Below are positions 46,083 through 55,070 of a stretch of DNA of 64,000 nt, piece after piece. The notes beneath the pieces are model-generated. The model was not told the DNA's origin. It saw nothing but the letters and a program-made list of their open reading frames with translations, and did no database searches. Within the stretch, counting starts at the first letter, position 1, and each line of letters begins with the position of its first letter. Made by a program: the position numbers and the translations under genes. Where the stretch lies: positions 2,183-66,182 of the forward strand of contig JACZUI010000007.1 of NCBI GenBank assembly GCA_022573225.1, in the 5' to 3' direction. This stretch comes from Acidobacteriota bacterium (GTDB taxonomy: Bacteria > Actinomycetota > Acidimicrobiia > Spongiisociales > ZC4RG35).

Positions 46083-46490
46083 CTAGGGCCGGGTGCGAAG
46101 CCGATTGACCGAGATCCGGATCAGCACGGAGTAGTCCTCGGCAAAACTGTGATCGGTCCAGCCGTTGGCTTTGATGCTCTCGGAATACTTGTCGACATAT
46201 TGGGGAAGGAGATGCGCCGGGATCGGATCATCCTCGATTGTTGCGGAGCCCTCCATGGTGACGATGGAATGGCCGTGCCGGTCGCTCCGAAGATTGAACG
46301 CCACTTGGGGGTTCGCGGCGATGTTGGCCAGTTTTGGCTTGGCCGGCCTGCTGTAGATCAAGAGATCGCTGCCATCCCTGAGGAACCAGACAATCGTGCT
46401 CTTGGGCTGGCCTTTGGGGGTGACCGTTGTCAGCCACCCGACCAGCTCCTCTTCGAGTTTGCCCCCAATTTGATCGAGGTTGGCCGTCAC
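46083..46490 (-). CDS. PPOX-class probable F420-dependent enzyme (pyridoxamine 5'-phosphate oxidase fold)
   Basis: 135 aa. VGWLTTVTPKGQPKSTIVWF and ANPQVAF follow the Rv1155/TIGR03618-like pattern. Confidence 0.75.
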   Translation of the reverse strand: MTANLDQIGGKLEEELVGWLTTVTPKGQPKSTIVWFLRDGSDLLIYSRPAKPKLANIAANPQVAFNLRSDRHGHSIVTMEGSATIEDDPIPAHLLPQYVDKYSESIKANGWTDHSFAEDYSVLIRISVNRLRTRP

Positions 46491-46534
46491 ATCTGCTCCT
46501 TGCTAGGTCGTTGGCTGCTTGCTGCATGGCTGGG

Positions 46535-47713
46535 TTACCGGCTCGCCATTGTCGGGACCACCGGGACAACCAGGCCCTGCCCCAGGTACGCCCGAGCCAT
46601 CATCCCATGGAACTGGTAGATCGTTCCCTCCCAACTACTGAGCGGTCCGTGGTGGTAGCCGCGCCTCGACACGCCTCGTTGGACGGCCTCGCATGCCGCC
46701 CAGTCCTGTCGATTGGTGAGGTCCCAGAAATCGACGGCATAGGAAGGATCGAACTCATCGATGGTGGTGCTCTCCGGGGCAAAGAGCCAGGAGCACTCGA
46801 CCTCGGTCCGGTCCACGTCGACAGGAGTGAGAAGGTGGGTCATCACATAGTCGGGACTCGCCGAGATCAGCAAGTTGGGCATCACAGCCAGATACCAAAC
46901 CTTGCGCTCGAGGTCGGAATCGATCCCACGGAAGTTGACTCCGCCGGTCGACCCGTCGAACGACATGGTGACCGCGTGATCCTTGAGGTCCATGGTCCCG
47001 CCGAACCACATTCCGGTTGGCTGACGGTCTCGCCCGCTATCTGGCGGTGTCACCTCGCAGAGATCGGGGTGAATATTGGCGCAGTGGTAACACTCGCTGT
47101 AGTTGTCGATGAGGATCTTCCAGTTCGCCCGAACGGTGTAGGAGTGAGTAGCGGCTGTGGCGAGACGATTGAGCTCATAGGGTGCCAAAAGGTCGGTCAG
47201 GTTGCCGAGGTGATCGGCCAGAGACCCCGCCTTGCCCGACGGATTGGCAAAGACCCAGCCGGCGTATATGTCGACCGGAATCTCGAAGAGGGGAAACTCG
47301 GCCGGGTTGAAGTCCTCAGTCTGAGTCAAGGTTGGGGCCGTCTTGAGGGTTCCGTCGAGTCGATACGTCCACGAGTGATACGGGCAACGAATCAGGTGGA
47401 CGTCAGCGGCATTACCGACAGGAGCCAGTTCGTGACCGCGGTGGCGACACACGTTGGAGAACCCCCGGAGCTTCTCATCGTCGTCCCGCGACAGCAGGAT
47501 CCCTTCACCGACCGTCTCTACCGCTCTCACCTGGCCCGGCGCCAACAGCTCATCCAACCGGCCGAGACACACCCAAGAGTCGGCGAACACGTGGGTTCGC
47601 TCCCAGGCCAACACACTCGCGTCTGTATAGGCCGAGGCGGGAAGGGTCCGGCTCCGGCCGAAGGGCGCGAGGACGGCCTCCAGGTCTCCCGTGTCTATGG
47701 GCGCGGCCAGCAT
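46535..47713 (-). CDS. Aromatic ring-hydroxylating oxygenase alpha subunit (Rieske 2Fe-2S)
   Basis: Rieske motif CRHRGHEL...CPYHSWTY. The C-terminal catalytic domain has NYSECYHC. Confidence 0.85.
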   Translation of the reverse strand: MLAAPIDTGDLEAVLAPFGRSRTLPASAYTDASVLAWERTHVFADSWVCLGRLDELLAPGQVRAVETVGEGILLSRDDDEKLRGFSNVCRHRGHELAPVGNAADVHLIRCPYHSWTYRLDGTLKTAPTLTQTEDFNPAEFPLFEIPVDIYAGWVFANPSGKAGSLADHLGNLTDLLAPYELNRLATAATHSYTVRANWKILIDNYSECYHCANIHPDLCEVTPPDSGRDRQPTGMWFGGTMDLKDHAVTMSFDGSTGGVNFRGIDSDLERKVWYLAVMPNLLISASPDYVMTHLLTPVDVDRTEVECSWLFAPESTTIDEFDPSYAVDFWDLTNRQDWAACEAVQRGVSRRGYHHGPLSSWEGTIYQFHGMMARAYLGQGLVVPVVPTMASR

Positions 47714-47836
47714 CCTCCCAGGCTATCTGTCTGCCCGATCCTGTGGTCATCACGGATCGAAGGGCGTCCAGTGGTACAGGCATGTGCGGCGGGGTGCGGT
47801 CGACATGTAGTCTCGCTCCCTACCCGAAAGGATCTC

Positions 47837-48265
47837 ATGTCCCTCAAGAGCACCGGTCGCACGCATTGGGACGGCGACCTATTCACCGGAAGCGGCGAGA
47901 CGAGTCTCGACAGCGGCGCTACTCCGCCGATGCGGGTCACCTGGAAGGCACGCGCCGAGGACCACGGAGGCCTGACGAGCCCCGAGGAGCTGATCGCGGC
48001 CGCACACGCGTCCTGTTATTCGATGGCTCTTTCCAACACGCTGGCCAAGGCAGGAACGCCTCCGACATCTATCGACACTCAGGCCACGGCCACTTTCGTT
48101 CCCGGCACCGGGATCACGGCCATGGAGCTGGAGGTGAGAGCGGCCGTTGCGGGGATCAGCGAAGATGATTTCCTCTCTGCCGCCCAGGACGCCAAGGAGA
48201 ACTGCCCCGTTTCGCAGGCTTTGAAGGGAAACGTCCCGATCAGCCTGGTGGCAAGCCTCTCCTAG
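47837..48265 (+). CDS. OsmC-family peroxiredoxin
   Basis: SPEELIAAAHASCYS and ENCPVS, the two conserved Cys. I chose ATG 47837 because GAAAGGA lies upstream. Confidence 0.85.
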   Translation: MSLKSTGRTHWDGDLFTGSGETSLDSGATPPMRVTWKARAEDHGGLTSPEELIAAAHASCYSMALSNTLAKAGTPPTSIDTQATATFVPGTGITAMELEVRAAVAGISEDDFLSAAQDAKENCPVSQALKGNVPISLVASLS

Positions 48266-48292
48266 GCCACCGGCAGGGATGTCGGGTGCAAC

Positions 48293-49891
48293 ATGATCCG
48301 GCTGATTCGGCCATTGTCTCTCCATATGGTCAGCCGATTTGTTGCACTGCTGTTGCTTCTCGGTGCGTGCTCGTCGGCTGAGACCCTCGACTCGACCGGC
48401 TCTTCCGCAGCCCCGGCCTCGACAACCACATCCTCGTCGACCACATCGCAACAAGAGCCTCCGGTCTTTCATCTGTTCGATTCGGAGGGACTCGACCTCG
48501 AGGTGTTTCGCGACGGTTTGATCACGGCCGAGAAGTCGGTGGTGGACCAGATGTTCTCCTCCGCCCCTCTATATGAGATGGATTTGGTCATGAAGGAGGA
48601 TCTGACCGGGATCTCCGGGGCGATGTCGGTGCGATTCGTCAATGGCGAAGTCGGCGCCCTTGGCGAAGTCGGCGCCCTTGGCGAAGTCGTCTTCCGTCTG
48701 TTTCCCAACATCTCCGATGGTTCTGTCCTTGTGAACGGACTGGCCGTCGACGGGTCCAGTGTCGAGCCGAGCTATGGGCTCGACGGCAGTGTGATGACGG
48801 TCCCGCTCGAGTCTCCCTTGCAGCCAGGGGAGCACGTGATCATCACCATGGAAATCGATGTCACCGCTCCCATCGAGGAAGGTGGAAAGTACGGGACGTT
48901 CTTGCTCGACGATGAGATCCTGGCCTTTTCTCACTTCTTCCCGATCCTCGCCGTGTATGACGACGAAGGCTGGAACACCGAGATTCCTGCTCCTCATGGC
49001 GACAGCGTCTTCTCCGACTCGGGTTTCTTCCTGGTTCGTTTGGAGACGCCGATGAACCTCACGGTGGTGACGTCGGGCCAATTGGTGGCGAAGGAGGTTC
49101 TCCCTGATAGTGATAACGAGGCCCGCTTTTACTCGGCCGGGCCGGTTCGGGACTTCTATCTGGCGGCCAGCCATCGCTTCGAGATGATCCAGGTTCGCGT
49201 CGGCGAGACGATCATCAACTCCTTTGCACCCCCCGAGTTCGCGGCCCAGAATCAGGACGTGCTGGCATCTGTCGAAGCATCGGTTGCGATGTTCAACGAA
49301 CTGTACGGGAGCTATCCCTACACGGAGCTCGACTTCGTCAGCACGGCAACACTCGCCCTCGGAGTCGAGTACCCCGGGGTTGTGGCCATGGCAATGGGTC
49401 ACTACGACCCGGAGTCCGGATTCGACCAACCAACAATTGTGTCGACAGTTGTCCACGAGGTAGCTCACCAGTGGTTCTATGGCACTGTCGGCAACGACCA
49501 GCTCGACGAGCCGTGGCTTGATGAGGCCATGGCCCAGTACGCGACGTGGGTGTACTGGCGTGAGACTCAGGGCGAGGGGGGCGACGAAGGATTCAGGACG
49601 CATCTCGACTCCCGTTGGGCTCGGGTGGAATACGCCGACATCCCGATCGGTCTGCCGGCTGATGCCTACGAAGGCACCGAGTACGGGGCGATCGTGTACG
49701 GGCGAGGCCCCCTCTTCGTCGATGGTCTGGCGAAGATCGTCGGCCAGGAGACATTCGACGAGTTCCTCGCCGAGTACGCGGCCACCTTCAAATACGGGAT
49801 CGCCTCAACCCAGGGTTACCAGGCCCTTCTCGAGAGGCACTGTGGGTGCGATCTGAGCCACGAGTTCGAGGCGGCGGTCTACCCGCGCTGA
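48293..49891 (+). CDS. M1-family zinc metallopeptidase, lipoprotein
   Basis: HEVAHQWFYG-x18-E gluzincin motif. Signal peptide and lipobox (LLLLGAC). The start could instead be the Met at 48326. Confidence 0.85.
   Translation: MIRLIRPLSLHMVSRFVALLLLLGACSSAETLDSTGSSAAPASTTTSSSTTSQQEPPVFHLFDSEGLDLEVFRDGLITAEKSVVDQMFSSAPLYEMDLVMKEDLTGISGAMSVRFVNGEVGALGEVGALGEVVFRLFPNISDGSVLVNGLAVDGSSVEPSYGLDGSVMTVPLESPLQPGEHVIITMEIDVTAPIEEGGKYGTFLLDDEILAFSHFFPILAVYDDEGWNTEIPAPHGDSVFSDSGFFLVRLETPMNLTVVTSGQLVAKEVLPDSDNEARFYSAGPVRDFYLAASHRFEMIQVRVGETIINSFAPPEFAAQNQDVLASVEASVAMFNELYGSYPYTELDFVSTATLALGVEYPGVVAMAMGHYDPESGFDQPTIVSTVVHEVAHQWFYGTVGNDQLDEPWLDEAMAQYATWVYWRETQGEGGDEGFRTHLDSRWARVEYADIPIGLPADAYEGTEYGAIVYGRGPLFVDGLAKIVGQETFDEFLAEYAATFKYGIASTQGYQALLERHCGCDLSHEFEAAVYPR
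48644..48689 (+). repeat. 18-bp tandem repeat, about 2.5 copies, in frame within the M1 peptidase
   Basis: GGCGAAGTCGGCGCCCTT occurs twice, then GGCGAAGTCG. It encodes GEVGAL-GEVGAL-GEV. Confidence 0.9.
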
Positions 49892-49920
49892 GCACACCAT
49901 GGCTTCGGGCATGCGGATGG

Positions 49921-51072
49921 CTACGACCCGGGAGCAGGCTCGTTCCTCAAGCGGATGTGCTCGATAACAAGGCTGACCACCAGGATCGCGGTCACAATGG
50001 CAGCGAAGACCTGCGCGTCCAGCGATCCCGCGAGCCAAGCCAGGGCGATCAGCACTACGGCAGCAGCGAGTCGCTCAGTCGGGATTCGCCTTATTGCCCG
50101 ATATGCCGCTCCAACCACCGAGAGCAGGACAAGCGCCACACCTACTGCCATTGCGAATCGACCTTCGGGGGGAATCGGATCGGTCGGATGCGCCACCACG
50201 TCCTCCAGTGCCAGCGCATAGAACACGATCCCGACCACAAGCGGATAGTGGAGGATGGAGTAGGCGTCACGGGCGAATCTCCCGCGTTCCTGACCGGTGA
50301 GTTGGGTGAGATGGGCCTCCATCCTCGGCGCAGCTCGGTCAAAGTAGGACCACCAGATTGCAGCGACCCCTACAAAGGCAATTGCGAGGGCCGTGATGTG
50401 CGCAGCGTCTCGCTCTACCTCTGACGCAGCGAGACCAAGCCCGACTACAGACTCGCCCAGTGCAATGATTATGAACAGACCGTTTCTCTCTGCGAAGTGT
50501 TTGGCGTCTATCGCCCACGACCCTTTGCCGGCATTGACAGCGCCCACAATGTCGAGAACCGCTCCTGCGACCCAGAGAACGCCTAGCCAGGGAGGTTCGA
50601 GAAAGCCACCGACGAGGACCAGGACCGAGGCCGCCCCGGCCAAAGGGAAGAATGTATAGAACGCCGCCCGCTGCTCTGGATGCGACTTCGACGCCACCCA
50701 GTAAAGGCCTGATGCAAGGGCGCGGACAGCAAAGTAGGTGACCGCGAACCAGCGTGAACTGTCACCGAAGGCCTCCGGGACAGCAAGGGCCATCAGGAGA
50801 GTCGTGCCCATTGCACCCAGGATGAAGAGACGGGTCGAGGTCGATGACGTGCCCGTCCAGTTGGTGGTCCAGGTGTACATCGACCAGGTCCACCACAAGA
50901 GCCAAAGCAAGAACGCGCCCTGAACCAGTCCCGCCGCGGTGGGCTGATGATGGACGAAGCCGACCACCTGGGTGATGGCGAAGACGTAGACCAGATCGAA
51001 GAACAGCTCGAGGGTCGAGGCGTTGCGCTCGGTTCCGCCCTTCACGATGTCGAGCCGGATCTCGTCGGTCAT
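49921..51072 (-). CDS. LtrA family membrane protein (second paralogue)
   Basis: LELFFDLVYVFAITQV signature. I chose ATG 51072 (MTDEIRL...). Confidence 0.75.
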   Translation of the reverse strand: MTDEIRLDIVKGGTERNASTLELFFDLVYVFAITQVVGFVHHQPTAAGLVQGAFLLWLLWWTWSMYTWTTNWTGTSSTSTRLFILGAMGTTLLMALAVPEAFGDSSRWFAVTYFAVRALASGLYWVASKSHPEQRAAFYTFFPLAGAASVLVLVGGFLEPPWLGVLWVAGAVLDIVGAVNAGKGSWAIDAKHFAERNGLFIIIALGESVVGLGLAASEVERDAAHITALAIAFVGVAAIWWSYFDRAAPRMEAHLTQLTGQERGRFARDAYSILHYPLVVGIVFYALALEDVVAHPTDPIPPEGRFAMAVGVALVLLSVVGAAYRAIRRIPTERLAAAVVLIALAWLAGSLDAQVFAAIVTAILVVSLVIEHIRLRNEPAPGS

Positions 51073-51094
51073 GGCGTGAGAAGCTAGCTGGCCA

Positions 51095-51643
51095 CTAGGA
51101 ACCGGCTTGACGCTTCCGATAGGCGGCAACCGCTTCCCGGGTCGAGCATGTCGAGGAGCAGTGCAGCCTCGAGCGATTGCGCGAGGTGTCGACGTAGACG
51201 TCGTTGCATGTAGTCGAGTTGCAAACTCCGAAACGGTCGACCCCATGGTCGACGATCACGCTGGCAAGCCCCATGGCGGTGGTAGCACCGAGCCACTGAA
51301 GCATCGATGAGCCAACGGGCTCGAAGTGGAGATGGGGGGTGCCGCTGTGAACACTCACGCGAGGTTCCGCCCCATGTTCGCTCAGAATTGCATTGACTCG
51401 TTCGGCCGCGGTTGCGTCGTCGGGGGACGCGATCACCTCTCTGAGCGAGTCCCGAAGGCCGCGAACGCGGGCCAGATTTCGAACCACCGGAGGCCGGGCC
51501 ACACCCTTCCACATATCCGAATAGTCATCCAGGAATGCCTTCAAATCGTCGGTGGAAGTGATGGTGTCGCCGTCGAGTTGCTTGGTGTTCACCAATGCGA
51601 TGGCGAGTGCCACAGGAGCGTCTAGGTAATGAGAGAAATCCAT
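51095..51643 (-). CDS. CGNR zinc-finger (ABATE domain) putative regulator
   Basis: C-terminal FGVCNSTTCNDVYVDTSRNRSRLHCSSTCSTREAVAAYRKR is the CGNR zinc ribbon. Confidence 0.8.
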   Translation of the reverse strand: MDFSHYLDAPVALAIALVNTKQLDGDTITSTDDLKAFLDDYSDMWKGVARPPVVRNLARVRGLRDSLREVIASPDDATAAERVNAILSEHGAEPRVSVHSGTPHLHFEPVGSSMLQWLGATTAMGLASVIVDHGVDRFGVCNSTTCNDVYVDTSRNRSRLHCSSTCSTREAVAAYRKRQAGS

Positions 51644-51764
51644 TTGGCGTATTACATCCTCTGTGTTACTGTAATAAGCATAAGAGCAAAGAGTCCTTAC
51701 GTCAAAGACGAAGGCCCGTCGGTCGCCCGTGGCGATCGGCTGTCAGTCACCTAGGAGGTGCGTT

Positions 51765-51947
51765 GTGCTGCATGTTCATTGCGATCGGCTCGGAAAAGAA
51801 GTTCTGATTTGGCCCGGCTCTGTTCAAGGCATCCAGAACACCGAGCAGGGCATGGTCGTCACTTACCGGTGTGCATGTGGTGACACGGCCCAGATGGTCA
51901 CGGGCAAAGACGCACGCACCGAGCTCAGCGCACACGTCGCCGCTTAG
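51765..51947 (+). CDS. Small Cys-containing hypothetical protein (60 aa), divergent from the CGNR gene
   Basis: AGGAGG lies 7 nt upstream of GTG 51765. Translation VLHVHCDRLGKEVLIW...YRCACGD. No recognisable family. Confidence 0.35.
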   Translation: MLHVHCDRLGKEVLIWPGSVQGIQNTEQGMVVTYRCACGDTAQMVTGKDARTELSAHVAA

Positions 51948-51954
51948 AGTCGGC

Positions 51955-53352
51955 TCAGGCGTCTCGTCGGAGTGTCTCGAGCGAGCGGTCCGGGTCGTAG
52001 ATTCGGACCAGATTGGCCAGGTCACCCTTGATCTCGATGCTCGATTGGACCAGCGTCAGAGCGACTTCCGGCGGTAGGTCGGGAGCTTTCGCAGGGCTTA
52101 TCCCGGAGTGAAGGCCCAAGAGCTCCAGGTGTGAACCTGGCCCGTCTGTGTCCATCCCCAGCAAGGCCAGACCTCGAACTTCTTCGGTTGTGTTGGCCCA
52201 CTCGTCTGCGAGCAGGATGGCGTGGTATGTATTCGGTGACTCGATCATGAGCAAGGCCAGCATGAGCTCTTCCCGGGTTTCTGGGACTGTCTCGACATCC
52301 AGGCGTCGACGAACAGTTTCCCTTGCCTCATTCGGGGAAGATCTCGCCGTCGCCCAAGCTGCCACACCGCGGATCATGGACGATGGGTGTTCCAGGTGCT
52401 CCGTGATCGGATTCCAGGCAGCGTCCTCGCCCGAGTTGCCGGCAGCGACGAGGATGTTTCGCCGTAGATAGCGACCATCCCGAATCGGTACGTACCACCA
52501 GGAGAATCGATCGATGAGTCCGGCGTCGGAGAGTGCCAGCAGATCAGTGAAAGGCAGATCAAGCGGTTGGGGTTGCGACGTTTCCAATGCCCGTTTGCCC
52601 GGTGGGCAGGCGGTGAGGCACTCGTCGCAGCCGTAGATCCGCCGGCCGAGGTGTGGCCGGATCCAGTGGGGAATCGAGCCGCGGGTCTGAAGCCATGTGG
52701 AAAGGCATCGCCTCGCGTCCAGGCCCTGATCGCTGAGAGCATTGGTGGGGCAGGCGGGGTAGCAGGCAACACAGGTTCCGCAGTCACGGACCATCGGCGT
52801 GCTTGCTTCCAGGGGAGCGTCGGTCACCACCGAACCCAGCAGCATCCACGGGCCGTGACCAGGAGTGAGCACCATCGTGCTCTTACCCGACCAACCGACG
52901 CCGGCCCGGACGGCGGCAGCCCGGTCGACCAACCGGTTGTCGTCGATGAGGATCTCAGCGCGAAACCCGTTTTCCTCGAGATCGTCGGCCAACGCACCGG
53001 TGATACGGGTCAGCTCTCGATAGTGGTCTGAGGTAGCGAACCGTCCCACCACCGCTCCGCTTTCGGCAGGTGCCGCCCCTCCCTCGAGATAGTCCCATCC
53101 CACCACAAGGATTCGCTTCGCCCAGGGGAACGATCTTCTGATATCGGTGGCTGATTCGGGGTCGTCGTAGGTGAAATGGAGCGGCCCGGAACGGCCTGTC
53201 AGCTTCTGCTCGCGTAGCGTGAGCAGTTCCTGTTCGAACAGGTCGGCTCCCGCCACCCCCACAGATGCAGCGCCCAGTTCTGTGGCGCGGTCAAGAAGTC
53301 GAGCGGTCAACCCGTTGGGCATCAACGACCTCCGGTCATCCCAGACCGCCAT
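51955..53352 (-). CDS. queG: Epoxyqueuosine reductase with HEAT-like region and an extra C-terminal tail
   Basis: Two 4Fe-4S motifs (CGTCVACYPACP, CDECLTACPP), an N-terminal DUF1730-like region and WWY.. in the B12-binding region. At 465 aa it is longer than a typical QueG. Confidence 0.8.
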   Translation of the reverse strand: MAVWDDRRSLMPNGLTARLLDRATELGAASVGVAGADLFEQELLTLREQKLTGRSGPLHFTYDDPESATDIRRSFPWAKRILVVGWDYLEGGAAPAESGAVVGRFATSDHYRELTRITGALADDLEENGFRAEILIDDNRLVDRAAAVRAGVGWSGKSTMVLTPGHGPWMLLGSVVTDAPLEASTPMVRDCGTCVACYPACPTNALSDQGLDARRCLSTWLQTRGSIPHWIRPHLGRRIYGCDECLTACPPGKRALETSQPQPLDLPFTDLLALSDAGLIDRFSWWYVPIRDGRYLRRNILVAAGNSGEDAAWNPITEHLEHPSSMIRGVAAWATARSSPNEARETVRRRLDVETVPETREELMLALLMIESPNTYHAILLADEWANTTEEVRGLALLGMDTDGPGSHLELLGLHSGISPAKAPDLPPEVALTLVQSSIEIKGDLANLVRIYDPDRSLETLRRDA

Positions 53353-53745
53353 TCAATCGCCAAGCACGCCCGGGTCGGCCGGGACGTCGACTCCGTGTTC
53401 CTGGAGGTCGGCCAGGGGAACGATCTCCAGTGCTCGTTCGTGGGTCGAAGCCAGGACTACGGGGGCACCGACCCCGGCATCATGAGCACGTTGCCAATTC
53501 GCCGCGGTGACACACCACCGATCACCAGGGGTCAAGCCGGGAAAGTGGTACATCGGCATCGGCGTGATCAGATCGTTACCTATGCCGCGCTGATGATCGA
53601 GGAACTCCGCAGTGACCACGGCACACACAGTATGGCTCCCCAGATCCTCGGGGCCGGTCCGGCAGTCGCCGTCGCGATAGAACCCGGTGAGGGGGTCGGC
53701 ACCACAGGGCTCGAGCTCTGTGCCGAGGACATTCCAGTCGGCCAT
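53353..53745 (-). CDS. DUF2237 family protein
   Basis: NVLGTELEPCG.DP.TGFYRDG.C.TG.ED.G.H.VCA..T.EFL is the typical DUF2237 pattern. Its stop abuts the queG start. Confidence 0.7.
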   Translation of the reverse strand: MADWNVLGTELEPCGADPLTGFYRDGDCRTGPEDLGSHTVCAVVTAEFLDHQRGIGNDLITPMPMYHFPGLTPGDRWCVTAANWQRAHDAGVGAPVVLASTHERALEIVPLADLQEHGVDVPADPGVLGD

Positions 53746-53935
53746 CGTGGGAAGTATGGCGGGTTGCTGGGGATGCCGCCGTCTCATGCATTGAATCCCA
53801 AGTTCAGACGGTTGCGCCAGACCAAACCGGCCGCAATGGAAGGGAGCCTGGCGGCGCGAACCGTTTTCGGCTTGGCGACGTATAGGTAGGTGTTCTACCG
53901 GCGAGCAGAAAGGCTGATGACAGTGAGCCCGGCGC

Positions 53936-54427
53936 TCAGTATCCGTAGCCGCCGCTGTCGTCGATGCCCGTCGATTCGACCTGTGTTTGGACCAGGTTGC
54001 CGTCGGGGTCGACGACAAACCACACCCCGTTGACGTCTTGGCCATTTGTATCACCCGGGCTGGCGTCAGCCGAGTAGGTGTAGAGAGGCCGGCCGCCCAC
54101 CGTCAGCTGCTCAGTTCCGTCGTCTCTGGTGCTTGTCGCGAAGGTCGCGGTGTCGAGACCGGTGCCGATGGCGGTGTCACCCGAAACCGGCGGCCAGACA
54201 CTGGCGCATCCGTCGGTGCAAACGCTCTTGCCGTTGCCGTCCTCGGTGAAAACGTACATGGAGAAGCCGCTTGGATCAACGAGGATTGTCCCGAGTTCGG
54301 TGTCCGCCGTGGAGACGCCTCCGGTGACCTCGGAGCTTTCTTGTCTGGTCGATTCGGCAGGTCCCGACGCACATGCGGCAATAGTCATCAGTCCCGCCAT
54401 CGCGAGGGCGGTAGTCCGGATCTTCAA
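53936..54427 (-). CDS. Secreted lipoprotein with COG4315-type repeats
   Basis: TTG start 54427 with AAGGGAG upstream. Lipobox IAAC. The repeated pattern G..LVD..G...Y.F..D......C...C...WPP is present. Confidence 0.65.
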   Translation of the reverse strand: MKIRTTALAMAGLMTIAACASGPAESTRQESSEVTGGVSTADTELGTILVDPSGFSMYVFTEDGNGKSVCTDGCASVWPPVSGDTAIGTGLDTATFATSTRDDGTEQLTVGGRPLYTYSADASPGDTNGQDVNGVWFVVDPDGNLVQTQVESTGIDDSGGYGY

Positions 54428-54505
54428 CGTGGCTCCCTTCTTGATTTCATACCCGGCAGTACGAGTCAAAGACTGCCATGGTTCGCGATCTGGCAGAATC
54501 AGTCC

Positions 54506-55024
54506 ATGGACCGTGAAGTGCTGGAGCGCTTCCGGATCGGGGACGAGGCGGCCGTGAAGGCCGTCTACGACCGTTTCGGTGGCCCGGTGTTCGCCCTGTC
54601 TATGAACATCCTGGGCGATCACGGGCTAGCGGCCGACGCCACCCAGCAGACTTTCTTCAAGGCCTGGCGAGCAGCGTCGACCTACGACCCGGAGCGAAGC
54701 ATCGGACCCTGGATCTATGCGATCGCCCGGCGAACGGCAATCGATATTCATCGCAGTCGAGCTCGCGTTGTGCCCAGCGAGGACGTGGATGTTGTCGTGC
54801 TGCCCTCTGGTTTGGAGACGGCCTGGGAGGTGTTCGAGGTCAGGTCGGCATTGGATCAGCTACCGGATGACGAGCGAATTGTGGTGCGAATGAGTCACTT
54901 CGAAGGTTTGACCCACGTTGAGATCGCCGAGCGTCTCGGGATCCCGGTGGGGACGGTCAAGTCGAGATCACATCGGGCGCATCAGCGTTTGATCGGACTG
55001 CTTCGACATGTGGAGGAGACATGA
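54506..55024 (+). CDS. ECF-type RNA polymerase sigma factor
   Basis: Region 2 (ADATQQTFFKAWR...WIYAIARRTAIDIHR) and the region 4 HTH (LTHVEIAERLGIPVGTVKSR). Confidence 0.85.
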   Translation: MDREVLERFRIGDEAAVKAVYDRFGGPVFALSMNILGDHGLAADATQQTFFKAWRAASTYDPERSIGPWIYAIARRTAIDIHRSRARVVPSEDVDVVVLPSGLETAWEVFEVRSALDQLPDDERIVVRMSHFEGLTHVEIAERLGIPVGTVKSRSHRAHQRLIGLLRHVEET

Positions 55025-55070
55025 GGGCGTGGAGGCCAGGCTGGCATAGCGGTGTCGAGGGAGGTATCGG

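Noticed and set aside
46427-47836. N-terminal 470 aa of the 612-aa + strand ORF 46427-48265
   Set aside because: This part is antisense to the PPOX and Rieske oxygenase genes and looks non-protein-like. Only the last 142 aa (OsmC, from ATG 47837 with an SD) are credible.
48644-48689. CRISPR-like repeat
   Set aside because: It is a contiguous in-frame tandem duplication with no spacers, inside a coding gene. No CRISPR array or cas genes occur anywhere in the window.
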